A stretch of DNA of 58,066 bases, filler included, from Sluysia triapertura (taxonomy: Eukaryota): NCBI GenBank assembly GCA_046118255.1. It is 4 parts of 4 records of this genome, joined end to end, with 100 filler letters (N's around TTAATTAATTAA, not from the genome) between each part and the next. Parts side by side here need not be neighbours in the genome. Positions count along the whole stretch, not along the records: positions 26,644 to 43,221 come from JBJNIA010200931.1; positions 43,322 to 58,066 come from JBJNIA010249756.1; 2 more parts are not named here. One strand, given 5' to 3'. Under the pieces are notes generated by a model that was given only the letters and a program-made list of their open reading frames with translations, had not been told where the DNA came from and searched no databases. Both the position numbers and the translations under genes were made by a program. Positions 40,601 to 52,500 of the stretch are shown here, piece after piece. The stretch's first letter is position 1. Each line of letters opens with the position of its first letter.

Positions 40601-41609
40601 ATAAAAAGACAATAAATTAAAAATTAAATAAATTTTAGAATTATTTTAGTTAAACAGCAAAAACTGTTAGTTGAAAAATCATTTGTTGCCTAAATTGAAG
40701 TATTAATATGGATTTTAATAGACTTTTAATGAATCTATTTAATGGATTTTTAAAAGGACTTTAACCGCCATATGGTGTCAATGGCGATTTTTTCTCTTAC
40801 ACAACTGCTATGCAAAATCCTACTAAAGTAATACGAAGAGCATAATTTTAGCTTCCTCGAGATATAAAGATTATCTTGAACGTAATTGCAATTTTTATAC
40901 ATTTTTCCTAAATCATCATCTATAAAGACAATAAATCACCATATGTCTTAAGGAAAAACAATTCGGGGCTGAAAGGGTTAAATACTAAAACATAATTTGT
41001 ATGAGCTATTTTTATTAACATTTCTTATTTTTATCAACATTTTCAATGTCATAAGTATTATTCTTGATTACACCGTTGTTACTATAAACTAAATGAATCA
41101 TAAATTGTATTAGTAATTTTATAACAATAAAATGAAATATTTTGAATCGATTTCAAGAAAGTGCGTTAAAATTTGTTTGTTAAATTTGCCAAAATTTGCT
41201 AAATTTTAACTCAAGCAACCCTATCAACTGGTATCTTTATTATTAATTTTAAAACAGAGTTATAACAAAAGTTTGTTGAATCAAATGTCTAATTCTTTGT
41301 TGTTACACATTTCCATATTTAGATTTTTTGTTAATTAACCGTAGGAATTAACTATGATTATTGCAGTTTTAGGCCAGCTGTTGATACGAAATGATTTTTG
41401 GTTTAATTTTCCAATCGCCTTAGTTCAAAATCCATAATCAAGGGTCAGTAATAGAAGCTAACCAAGTTTCAAAATAATTTTGTAAAAACAATGAGTTGAA
41501 TGATAAATATATTAATTAAATAATATATAATTATTTACATATAATATAAACAAAATATCAAAATATTGGGTTGTTTTTTTCAAATAAATCAAAATAATTG
41601 TAGCAAAAT

Positions 41610-41900
41610 CACAATTCATCTTTTCGCCCAATTCTTTGCGTGTTGGCGGCTATCTTTCTTCAAAAGATCCTCGAATTTGAGGAATGATGAGCGTCTTTAA
41701 GGTCGAAATTATCGCGTTTGAACTCGTACAGTATTCTCCTTACGTGGCACAAATATCTCTGGTAGCTTCACTCGTTTTCTGACCTCAATTAAAGGTGAAA
41801 AGTGCGATTTTTTGTCGACTTGATAATCCATTGGACGGTTCAAAAAGGCGAAAACGATTACTTTATTTTTGTAGAGCTTAGCACGGCCTTTCTAATGGTA
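41610..41900 (-). mobile_element. Mariner transposase 5' remnant
   Basis: ATG at 41831: MDYQVDKK.., LFTFN*GQKTSEATRDICAT*GE, EFKRDNFDLKDAHHS, LLKKDSRQ..ELGEKMNC match the mariner N-terminal HTH (F.FN.G.KA..AARDIC.VYG, FK.G.FDLKD.PRSGRP). Confidence 0.8.
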
Positions 41901-41904
41901 TATT

Positions 41905-42260
41905 CTAAGAGATATTGAGGACTTCCTTAATGTAAGCATTTGTAAATTATTGTCATGATTTTGAATGCAAATCTTACTTTTATTGGCAACCAATGTAATT
42001 TCATAAGATAAGGTGTTACATGAGTTCTTCATCCCACTTGGAGAATTAGTTTTGCTGCTTGATTAATTATTGTGAAATCAAGTACAATAAACCATTGTCA
42101 AAATCTATTTTATTAGTATCAATAAATGAACAATTACTTTAGCTATTTTTTTATTAATAAATTTTCGAATATGTGATATTTTATTTAATTGATATTTACA
42201 CTTTTTAATAGTACAATTAATAATTGTTCCAAGTTTATTTCTTTATCGTTTATTTCTTAT
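41905..42260 (-). mobile_element. Second L2-group LINE fragment
   Basis: AAKLILQVG*RTHVTPYLMKLHWLPIKVRFAFKIMTIIYKCLH*GSPQYLLE; shares TTCAAAATCATGACAATAATTTACAAATGCTTACATTA exactly with the copy at about 2041. Confidence 0.88.
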
Positions 42261-42465
42261 TTCGTACCTTTTTAAAACATGAATATATATGTTAATAAGA
42301 TTTCAAATCTGGGATATAAGTCATAAATCAGAAACCAATTATAAAAATTTTATTTAGAAAGAATTAAATAGTAAAAATTAAATGAAAATTTTCATCACTA
42401 AAATTGTAAACTTTTATAAATAAAAATATAAAACTTTGAAACTAAAACATTAAAACTAAAAAAAC

Positions 42466-42621
42466 CTTTGTTGAAACTTTGAGAACTTGTCGGAGACATT
42501 TCTTGATCTCCATCTGGAATATCAACAGAAAAACTTTTCATTTTCCAATTTCCTTTCGATGATCTTAAATTGACTTTAGTTACAGATGTTTGACTGTTTC
42601 TTTTCGATTCATCGGAATTTC
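42466..42621 (-). CDS. Isolated 156-nt phase 1-1 coding exon, Ser-rich, unknown gene
   Basis: Acceptor cttttctattttgttgtgtcag, donor AAG|GTTTTT; reads GNSDESKRNSQTSVTKVNLRSSKGNWKMKSFSVDIPDGDQEMSPTSSQSFNK. Confidence 0.55.
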
Positions 42622-42772
42622 CTGACACAACAAAATAGAAAAGTTATCAAATAATTTTTTACAAAATATAAAATGTTACTTATTTTAATTTTAATATTAC
42701 TCCATCAATTTCTTTTCAGAATAGAATGCATATTTTTTTATAAATATTTATGTTTAAGCTTTGATAGATCAT

Positions 42773-42960
42773 TTAACACTAAACGTACCAAGGTCATTTG
42801 CCCGGTACTTATATGTACAATTACTTATATAAAATTAAATATAAAATTAAAATTCATATTATAAAATGGGATAAAAAATACAATTTCATAATATTTTTTT
42901 AAAGTAAAAAACTGAAACCAATCATTCGATCGGTCGTGGTATTGTTTTATATAGTGTAGC
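42773..42960 (+). mobile_element. Small piggyBac-like MITE (degenerate); second copy about 51079-51222
   Basis: Starts TTAA-CACTAAACGTACC; GGTCATTTG.CCGGTAC.TATATGTA, AAAAATACAATTTCATAATATTTTTT and AAAAACTGAAA are shared with 51079-51222. A similar end TTAACACTAGATTTACC occurs at about 26437. Confidence 0.6.
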
Positions 42961-43221
42961 ATTTGAACTATCTAATTTTTTTACTTATAATCTGTCGCGT
43001 TGATAAGATCTTTAAAATAGAGTTCAGTTCTACCTGTATCACACTTCTCCAATGAAATTAAATCTTAGTGAAATAATAAATCTTAAAACTAATTGCTATA
43101 TTGCAAAAAAAGGTTAGCGATTTTTTAATTAAACAATGTATTAATATTTTTGATAATTTAACACTTAATTACAATAATTTAGTTAGTTTTAGTTTACTTC
43201 CAAATAATATCGATAAATTAA

Positions 43222-43321
43222 NNNNNNNNNNNNNNNNNNNNNNNNNNNNNNNNNNNNNNNNNNNNTTAATTAATTAANNNNNNNNNNNNNNNNNNNNNNN
43301 NNNNNNNNNNNNNNNNNNNNN
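43222..43321. other. Artificial 100-nt contig spacer
   Basis: 44N-TTAATTAATTAA-44N. Confidence 0.97.
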
Positions 43322-43398
43322 AGTGGTAGAGCATTCGAACTGCGCAGCGATGGTCCCGGGTTCGATCTCCGGTCAGTCCATTTTATGAAGTCTAACAT
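43322..43398 (+). ncRNA. tRNA-Ala-derived element / short SINE (5' end lost in the gap)
   Basis: AGTGGTAGAGC...GGTCCCGGGTTCGATCTCCGGTCAGTCCA plus the tail TTTTATGAAGTCTAACAT shared with the copy at 48444. Confidence 0.75.
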
Positions 43399-43539
43399 AA
43401 GCATTCATAAATTTCTTAGAATAAGAATGCTATAAAAGGTAGCTTGTTGAGCAAACATTATTAATCATGAGAAAATATAAAAGATTTATTTAATTAAACA
43501 TTTGAAATTTAATTTATTGCAAAAAATTAATTATCTAAC

Positions 43540-46500
43540 TTGTCTAATAGATGTACCAATACAATCAACTCCTGTATCTCCTCCACCAATAATAATAACA
43601 TCTTTATCTTTTGCATAAACTGACAAATAATCTTCATTTATTCCATCTGCTTGATGGCGTTGCCATTTTTCTAAGAAACTCATTGCAAAATGAATTCCTT
43701 CAGCATCTCGACCTAATTATATATTAATTTTATAATAAATTGTATAATACTCTTAAAATATAAGCAAAACAAATATCAAATAATGTAATTTTTAAAAAAT
43801 CCTAAAATATTTTGAAATCAACATGTAAATAAATGAAAATAAATGCAAAATGCAAGATTGCGCATTAGCACTTTTCCAACTTAATTAGCAAATAAGCAGG
43901 AGTACGGATCAAACAGAAACATCAAAAAGAAGCGAAAAAGGAGATTAATAAGAACAAACTAAAACATACTAACAAACTGCAAAATTGATGAATATGAATA
44001 TATAATATATAGAAATATAATGATTATATATGAAATTAAATTTGAACTTAATAAAATATATTGAAATTCGAATTGAATTTTACGCATTCGTTTCAAAAAA
44101 TGATCGATGTACTCAAATTAAATGCGATTTTAAATTCTATGGTATGTTGAAAAATGATGAAATTAAATGTTATTAATGGTTCTAGACATCGAAATTTAGC
44201 TTTTGTGATGATTATAGCTTTTTTATTGATACGGTGATAATAAAATTCCATATAATAATAAAATTTTATGTTTACAATAATAAAATAATAATATTTTAAT
44301 GTAAAAAGCAATAAATAATTTTGTACAATAATAAAATTAATAAAAATAATGTTTTAATATAAGAAGACGAAACAACATATGAAGCATTTAGTAAAATTAG
44401 AATTCGACTTTATCTTAATTCCTTGTCAGATAAAAACAGCATTAACAAATCGGTAAAATCCAGATCGAATTAGTTTCCAATCGAATTAGTTGGCTCAGTT
44501 ATTTCATAGATCCTTTTCAAAATACGATCGTTGTAACACAATCCAATTGGACTTTTATCAAAATTTTTCCACATCAATTAGTAAGTTTAATTTTTATAAG
44601 TTTCTCTTCCTTTAAGGGAAGGAATAAAATCCAGATAAAATATATTAAATTTTTCTACTAGTTTAAAGCTAGTGTTAAACTTATAATTAAATTAAATAGA
44701 TTAAATTGGATTAAAAACCTAATACTTTAATATTTCATTTTCGATATAATATTAATTTGTTCATATACATTGATATTTTCTGATTACGTGTAATTTCTCT
44801 TACGACTTCTTAATGTATTTCCCAGCTAATTTATTGTTAGCTTTAATATATTTATTTGTGTTCTTTATATCTTTTTATTAATTGCATTAAAGTATTGGAG
44901 TAATAGACTGGTGGATTTTAATTTGTTGATCATTTGTATAAATTATAAATTCTAAACCAGGTATATTCAAATCCCGTGGCCATGTAGACCCAACAGCTAG
45001 CAGGACGGCATCATATTCGCTTATCAATTTTTGAGTCGGCCATTCATCACTTCCAACATTAGCATTTGTCACAAATCGAATTCCTTCCTGTTCCATTAAA
45101 TTTACGCGCCTTTGTACGACGTCTTTGTCCATTTTCATAGTTGGAATTCCATAACGTAATAAACCACCAATACGATCTTTTCTTTCTAACACCGTTACAG
45201 TGTGACCAGCCTAAATTATAAATAAAACGTAAAATAAAATGTCTAATCCAAGTAAACAATTAAACAATCAATTTTAATCCAAGATCCATTAATCACCACA
45301 CAAATATCAAACTCAAAATTGAAAAAGTAGCTTTCTTAATTCCTCGTACAAAATGAACATATTCAATAATTACAAAATCACATTTATTAGTAATCATCAA
45401 ATAACATTCCACACATCTTGTAAAACTTTTGTGATTATTTTTATTGGTCTTAATATCTGCTTTAAAATAAATAGCTAAAAAGTTTTAAATAAATGTTGTA
45501 ACTTGATGTTCTGAATTAACGCTTATTGTCAAGAAATATTTTGAAGAAATACAGAAATACTTATTTTCTAAAGATATTGTTGTCTTTTAATACTATTATT
45601 TTCCAAATTATTAAATTAGAACTCCATAACTAAATAAATTCATAATCTCGATTATATTCTTTACAGGATCACAAAATTACAACTAAAAGATATAAATTAT
45701 TCTTTATAAAATTGTAAATTATTCTTTAAAGACAAATCACAACCTATTTAAACTTTAGCACTCGTGTATTAACACAAAAGATATTCAATAATGAATACGT
45801 TACTAACCTTTACTCCTATTTTATACTAAACTATTTTATGTTACCTGATTGCTAAAAAAATAACTTCAGTTTCACTGTTATCTACAGATGAACTGAACTA
45901 GCGTCCCTTTAACTCGAAAGTTTTCTTCTGTTTCCTTAACTCTTGTCTTTATCGTTTTTCACTTCTGTTTTTCTTGCAGAAATGTAACTGTTTATATAGC
46001 AGTTTTATGATAATTAGAGAAACAATCCCCTTATCCTTTGGATATTATCTAATTAAAATTTAAAATCATTATTACACTATTATTACATTAATAACGTAAT
46101 TTTACAACTTAATTTAACAAAAAAATTAATGAAATTTCTCACAGGAGTCTTTGATGCGTTTTGCGTTCAACAGCATATTTGAATTAGTCTCTTCATAACC
46201 ATCAATTTGATAAATACTTTATTAATACTTAGACATCGGAACATATTTAATTTTAATTTTAAAATATAAAAATTAATTAAAATAACTAATTTGTACGTTA
46301 TCTACGTTGACGTGCTTCGCAATACTTCATCATTAAAAACACTAATAAAACTAAATATTATACACTAAATCCAATATCATTTTATGAGCAAACATCTTTT
46401 TTGAGTTACAAAATTAAACAAATTTTAATTAAGTTAATTAACAAATGTACTTTAATATTTTAACAAATAAAATTTTGTAAAGGGTTATTTTTCATTATTT

Positions 46501-49500
46501 TGTTTTAATTTAAGTATTTTATATACTTATCTTACCATTACAGTTAATCGTAATACCTTAACTTAATTCTTTAATAATTTTCAATTTATTCTGTTATCCT
46601 GAATCCTGACCCCTTACATCTACCTTAATATTATAATCCGGTGGAACGAAATGCCTACAAGTGTTTTACTAAATATGTGGTAAGTTTTCTTTGAGTTTTT
46701 ATTAAATGAATTTATTTGTCAATGTTAACAATTAAGTATTCATTGAAACAATTATTGTACAATAATTTTAAAAAATAAATAAGTTTAAATTGTACCTTGT
46801 TAAGTTGGGCAGCTGAAGCAAGACCAGATGGTCCACTTCCTACTACAACTACCTTTTTACCAGTCCTGATTTCCGGAGGAGACGGTTGCATCCATCCTTG
46901 TTCAAAAGCATTGTCTATAATAGCACATTCGATATTTTTTATAGTAACTGCAGGAGTATTAATACCAAGTACGCAAGCACCTTCACAAGGAGCGGGACAA
47001 CAACGACCTGTAAATTCAGGAAAATTGTTTGTTTGTAGTAGCTGATATAAAGCCTTTTTCCATTCATTCTAATATTAGTATTAATAATTATTTAATTAAA
47101 TTACTTTGTATATAAAGTCATTCCAACGTGGGATAATATTACCTAAGGGACAACCATTACTCGATTGACAAAACGGAACTCCACATTCCATACATCGAGC
47201 TGCTTGTTTACGAAGACTTTTACGAACTCCTTTATGGTCATATATTTCATTCCAGTCATTAATTCGTTCTTCAACAGGTCTATAGGGTTTTGGATTACGA
47301 GAATATTTTTGAAAACCTCTAATCTTATCCAGATTTTCATCTTCAACCATATTTTCAATATCTTTCATCAGTTCAATTTTCTTAAATAACAAAAATTTGT
47401 AATTTTAATTAAATATAATTAAATTACAATTATTTACAAAAAATCATTTACTGACATACATAAGTAACTAAACTATTTTTAATTAATTTTCAAAAATTAT
47501 TAAATCTAGTAATTTATAAGCTGTTTTTATACTTTAAATGTTGACATCATTTTTACTAAAATGACAGCTTGAAGCGCTTGCCTCATAAATTTAAATTTTC
47601 GTAGTATAATTTTGTTAGCATCAATGAGATATTATCGGAAGATTTTAACACGTTGAATGCCATGGGGACCACTGGTGACCTCAGTGAATTATATGCGTCA
47701 CGAATGATTACAAAAATTAAATGTTAAAATTAAATTAATTAAATATTTCATCAAAATACGCAACACATACTGAGAAAAATTTCATCTTGACCAGAGGGGC
47801 ATGCGGTGGCCAACCTAATTACTTAAAATTTTAATTTAATTCATAATAAAAAATCACATTTTACTAATATTCCACCTTTATTTCTTCAAAAAGTATTAAA
47901 AAGTGTAAATATATTAAAATATTTTAAGTTCATAATTTGATAACATTAAAATCATTCCTAACATCGAAAATCATTAAATTTAGATTTCAAATTTACTTCA
48001 AAATAATAAATTAAATGGAATTTCTTTTTAACACCTTAACTACGATATTACTCTTTCTAGATATTCCTTCATGAATCTTCTACATTTTATTTTACACTTC
48101 AAGAAGAAGAAAAAGAACTATTTCAGATAATATATTAAGAATTTAAGGAATATCTAAAAAGATAATAAGACTTTATGCATTTTAGTTATGTCATTCATTA
48201 TTATTATTATTATTTATTCTGTTCATATTTTAAAAGAATTTTTATCAAAGAAAGAAGAGAAATTAAGTTTTAAAAGAAATTTATGCCTTTTTTTGTTTTT
48301 ATTCTTTTATTACTCATTATTATTTATATTTATATTATTATCATTATATTATTATTAGTATTATTATTTTTATTACTTTTGAGGTAAAAGGCTTAAAGTG
48401 CCATTTTTTAAAAATTGACTACATTAAATTAAATTGTTAGATGGGGCTGATAGCTCAGTGGTAGAGCAATCGAACTGCTCAGCGATGGTCCCGGGTTCGA
48501 TCCCCGATCAGTCCATTTTATGAAGTCTAACATTACTACTACTATTAGCGACACCAATAACTTTTCCAGACAGCGACAGTCTCTTATCAAATGACAGATT
48601 TCTAATTGTTTTGAGCTGGCAACTAAAATTTTATTCTTATTGGCCATCCAATGGCATTCATTTTTTAACATAAAACAATTACAATTATTTTTGGCAACAT
48701 AATTATTACATTAATTTATTCACGTAATTTGCATGGTAACAAACATTTGTAGTTTTTAGTCGATAGATTAGATATCAATTAATATTGTTAGATAAATAAA
48801 TAAACTCTGCATTAATAGTTCGATTTTAAAAGATTTTTGGAGTTTATCTTATAATAGTATTGGTGATAAAGATTGAAATGTTCTGCTTATAGTAATATCG
48901 ATAATAAAATATTGAGACTTCGACCTTATATTATCATACTTTATTAAATAACACATTTTAAATGAATAATCAAGATTTTAAAACAGAACCAGAACTATTA
49001 ATGAAATCATGCAAAAATTACGTTCCGGAAGAATGGATTAAATTAGTTATTAATGATTGTAATGTACACGATCGTAAAAAGGCTAAAGAGACATTTAAAC
49101 TTTCAGATTTAGGTAAAGACATTATGTTCAATTTAGTTGATACCGAAATATTATATAAAATGAAATTTTATCCGTACAACGAACATCTTTATTCTACTTA
49201 TTTAATGAATATTATTATGAACGGAAGATTTGATGATACAGGGAGGTATCTCAAACAAGTCAAGATTAGTGACATCAAAAATGTAGAATGTGTTAAAGTA
49301 AATTCTATTACTCGACCTATTGATGTTTCATCCAACATAATATCAAATAATCATCTGAAATGCGAATTTTATTAAAACCACAACGGAACCGCAATATGTT
49401 TGTTTGGTACAACCAATTTAGATATATGCCTCAGATATGACCGTTTACGTCAATATGCTCACAATGTACCAGAATTCCCTCAATGACGCCAACTTTAATA

Positions 49501-52500
49501 TCAACTTGGATCGAATTACAAATTAATTCAATCAATTCAAATTCTACAATCAATAACAACGTGATTGGTGTTAAGCATAACGGACATCCAGCTATACTGA
49601 ATGACAATTCTGAATTAAAATTAAATTATGCTTTTACGGAAATTAAAATGTATGATTATATTTTCTATTTTTTATTAAGATTAATCTGTCAAACAACTTG
49701 TGGTATTCCAAAATGTAAATCGTCAGCCAATTTTAGTTATCAAAATAACATTTTATAACTTTTCAATTAATTCAATTTATGTTATAATTAATAGATTTTT
49801 AGGATCTTATTTAGTAATTGTAATAAATAAACATTTTGGTCATTATTTTGCAAAATTTTATCTATTTGAATTAATTAATTTTGATAAAATTAATTATAAA
49901 ACAATTGCATTTAATTTAAAGACATTTCTTAATACCCCAAAGGGCAAGCCATGTAAAATTAGCGTGGCACTCAACGTGTTAATGTTGACTCAATTTTATG
50001 TTCTATCTCTATAAATTTTGTTAAATTCAGTAATGACTTAGAATTAAAATTGTTAACATGTTTTCAAAGTATCCCATTAAAGAGTCATTAATATTTAAAA
50101 TTATTTTCATATACTTAAAAGATGGACTTAAGTAAAATTCATATCGTTGAAATTTTTATTAATAATATTATTTTTTGTGTTTTTATATTAAATTAATAAA
50201 TTTAATTAACAAATTTTTAAAATTAATTATATTAATAAACTTTTTCATTTGTTAAATAACATTTATTTAAATATAACACATTAAATTAATTAGTTTTTAC
50301 AAAACGTCACCTTAAACTTAGACATTTTAGGTATGCACAATGAGCACTATGTGCACATTTATAATAATCCAAGTTGTATATATTTTAGTTAAGTGTGGGA
50401 AATAATTTATAATTTCGATTGGTTCATTTAGTAACTCGTTAAGAGTATAAGATTTTCTACTTCCAAACCATAATAATCAAAGGTTATTTATCATTAAACA
50501 TTAGTTAATTTTCGCTCAAACAATGTATTTGATAACCAATCGTTAGCGAACATAAATTTCGTTAATTAAATACCCGAGATCGTATACCAGTTAGTCCATT
50601 TTGGGATCGCTATTGTTATTAATGATTTTTGATTATTGTTTTAGTGATGTTAATGTAATTGACGATACTGAATTAATTAAAGTGTGCTATAATGATTGAC
50701 ATTGTTTATAATGGGCGAATGGAAATGTATCAAGGAAATGTTAATAGAAGCAGTCAAATCGAGTCAAAATTTATGATATTTTAAAAATATTTTCATTGTT
50801 AGGGCATTTATTATAATAAAATATTTGAATTTCGTTTATAGTTTGATTTGAGATGTTCAAAATTGTGTAAATTTATGTTTATTCTCAATCGTTTTATCTT
50901 GAAATTACATTTTAAATACATCGACTTCAAAACACGTAAAATTTTTGAGATATTTTAACATCGAACCGAGAACGCTATCTCTTTCCCAAATCTAATAAAA
51001 CAGTCACATAAATATTTTGTCTTCCATATTATTAAAACATTAATTTCAAAGTTTGATGCACACCAATTCATACAATCACCGGTCATTTGACCGGTACCTA
51101 TATGTAAAATTAAACATATAGTCATATATAAAATTCAAAGGCATACTATATAAAATGTTGAAAAATACAATTTCATAATATTTTTTAAATTAAAAACTGA
51201 AAACGATCATTTAACCGGTCGTTAAAGAAAAATTAAGTAAAAAATTAAGAAAAATAAAACGGCTTCAAAAATTAACGAGACGAAAAAATAAAGAAACTAA
51301 AAAGAGATAATTGTAAAAATTTCGGGAAAAGAGCACTAAAAATTATATCGAGATGAAAAAAACTTAATTCAGATACTATAAAGCAAACAAATACAAAGTT
51401 GATAAACAAGAATAATGACTACAAGTTTGATGATGCATACGCTATCCAGGAACAAGATACAGGTGACGATTGGAAATGAGGAAATACGAATTCTGTAAAA
51501 AAAACCGAAACGCGATTGAAGACGAAAACAACTTGCAATATTAATTGCGAGATGAATTATGTGAAGATTATACCAGTGTTCTTGTTAAGCTTTAATGAAC
51601 GTGAAAAAACACAATAATTCTGACTCAGTTATACATTAATTTGTTAAATCTTGTTTTTATGTCTATATTCTATATAATTTTTCAGAGTATTATCTGTCTT
51701 TTGGGGGGTAATTTATCATTCAATGGAATTTACATTATGACACCTTTCAATCCTAGATAAAATTGGAAATGATAATTACATTTGAATCAAAGTATGGATC
51801 TAATTTCATTAATGGTACAGTCAACAACCTTTTACAATAGAATAAAGACCCAACAAATGAAATAGTGCATTATATCAAACATGCATTGTGTTATAATCCT
51901 TAACTTTAATTTAATATCTTTTCACAATCATCTTCTGACGAAACAGACATGTGTGTTCTCAATAGTGTTCATACTTGCCTTTATACTATCGCTCGCACTT
52001 CTATAAACTCATTTTCTTTCGAATTACTTCCAGTTCTACATAAGTTCAGTAAAAATAAAACACTTAACATACAGAACTTAAACTTCAAAAATACACCAAA
52101 ACATAGATTTGACAAGTCTTTCCAAATTCCCAATCTTCTAAAAAAGATTAATTAATAATTTCCTTCATATTTTTCAATAAACACATCTCATTTTAAAATA
52201 ACATTTTTGTAACATTACATTCCCTTGTATTATCATCAACTTAATTCTTGGTATAATAACATATGAAAATAATTTTTAATGAGTAATATGTCAAAGCTAT
52301 GTTTTGTGATTAAATATGATATTCGGAATTATTTCATCGCAAGGATTCAATCTACATATATGTTTTTGTTTGTGTCTGTGATACGTAATTCCTTATTAAT
52401 TAAAATAATTTCTTGTATTAATTTAAATCACTCGACTTGAATGTTTCTATTAATATTTTATAAGTTATTTTACAAAATGGATTTTAATTAAGTTAATTAA

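Larger units (their letters stand above)
47649..49978. mobile_element. piggyBac-like non-autonomous element (2330 bp) with cargo ORF
   Basis: TTAA at 47645-47648 and 49979-49982; TIRs CACGTTGAATGCCA / TGGCACTCAACGTG (13/14 match); subterminal GGGGACCACTGGTGACCTC quasi-palindrome. Confidence 0.82.

Noticed and set aside
46797-47389. Plus-strand ORFs 46797..47045 and 47165..47389 (also 36262..36465, 37291..37482, 3702..3890)
   Set aside because: Antisense shadows of longer or better-supported coding regions.
48444-48515. Functional tRNA-Ala(TGC) or tRNA-Cys gene
   Set aside because: No 5-bp anticodon stem with a 7-nt loop and U33; two copies share a non-tRNA tail.
48429-48671. 80-aa minus-strand ORF
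   Set aside because: Largely the antisense reading of the tRNA-like element (DRGSNPGP).
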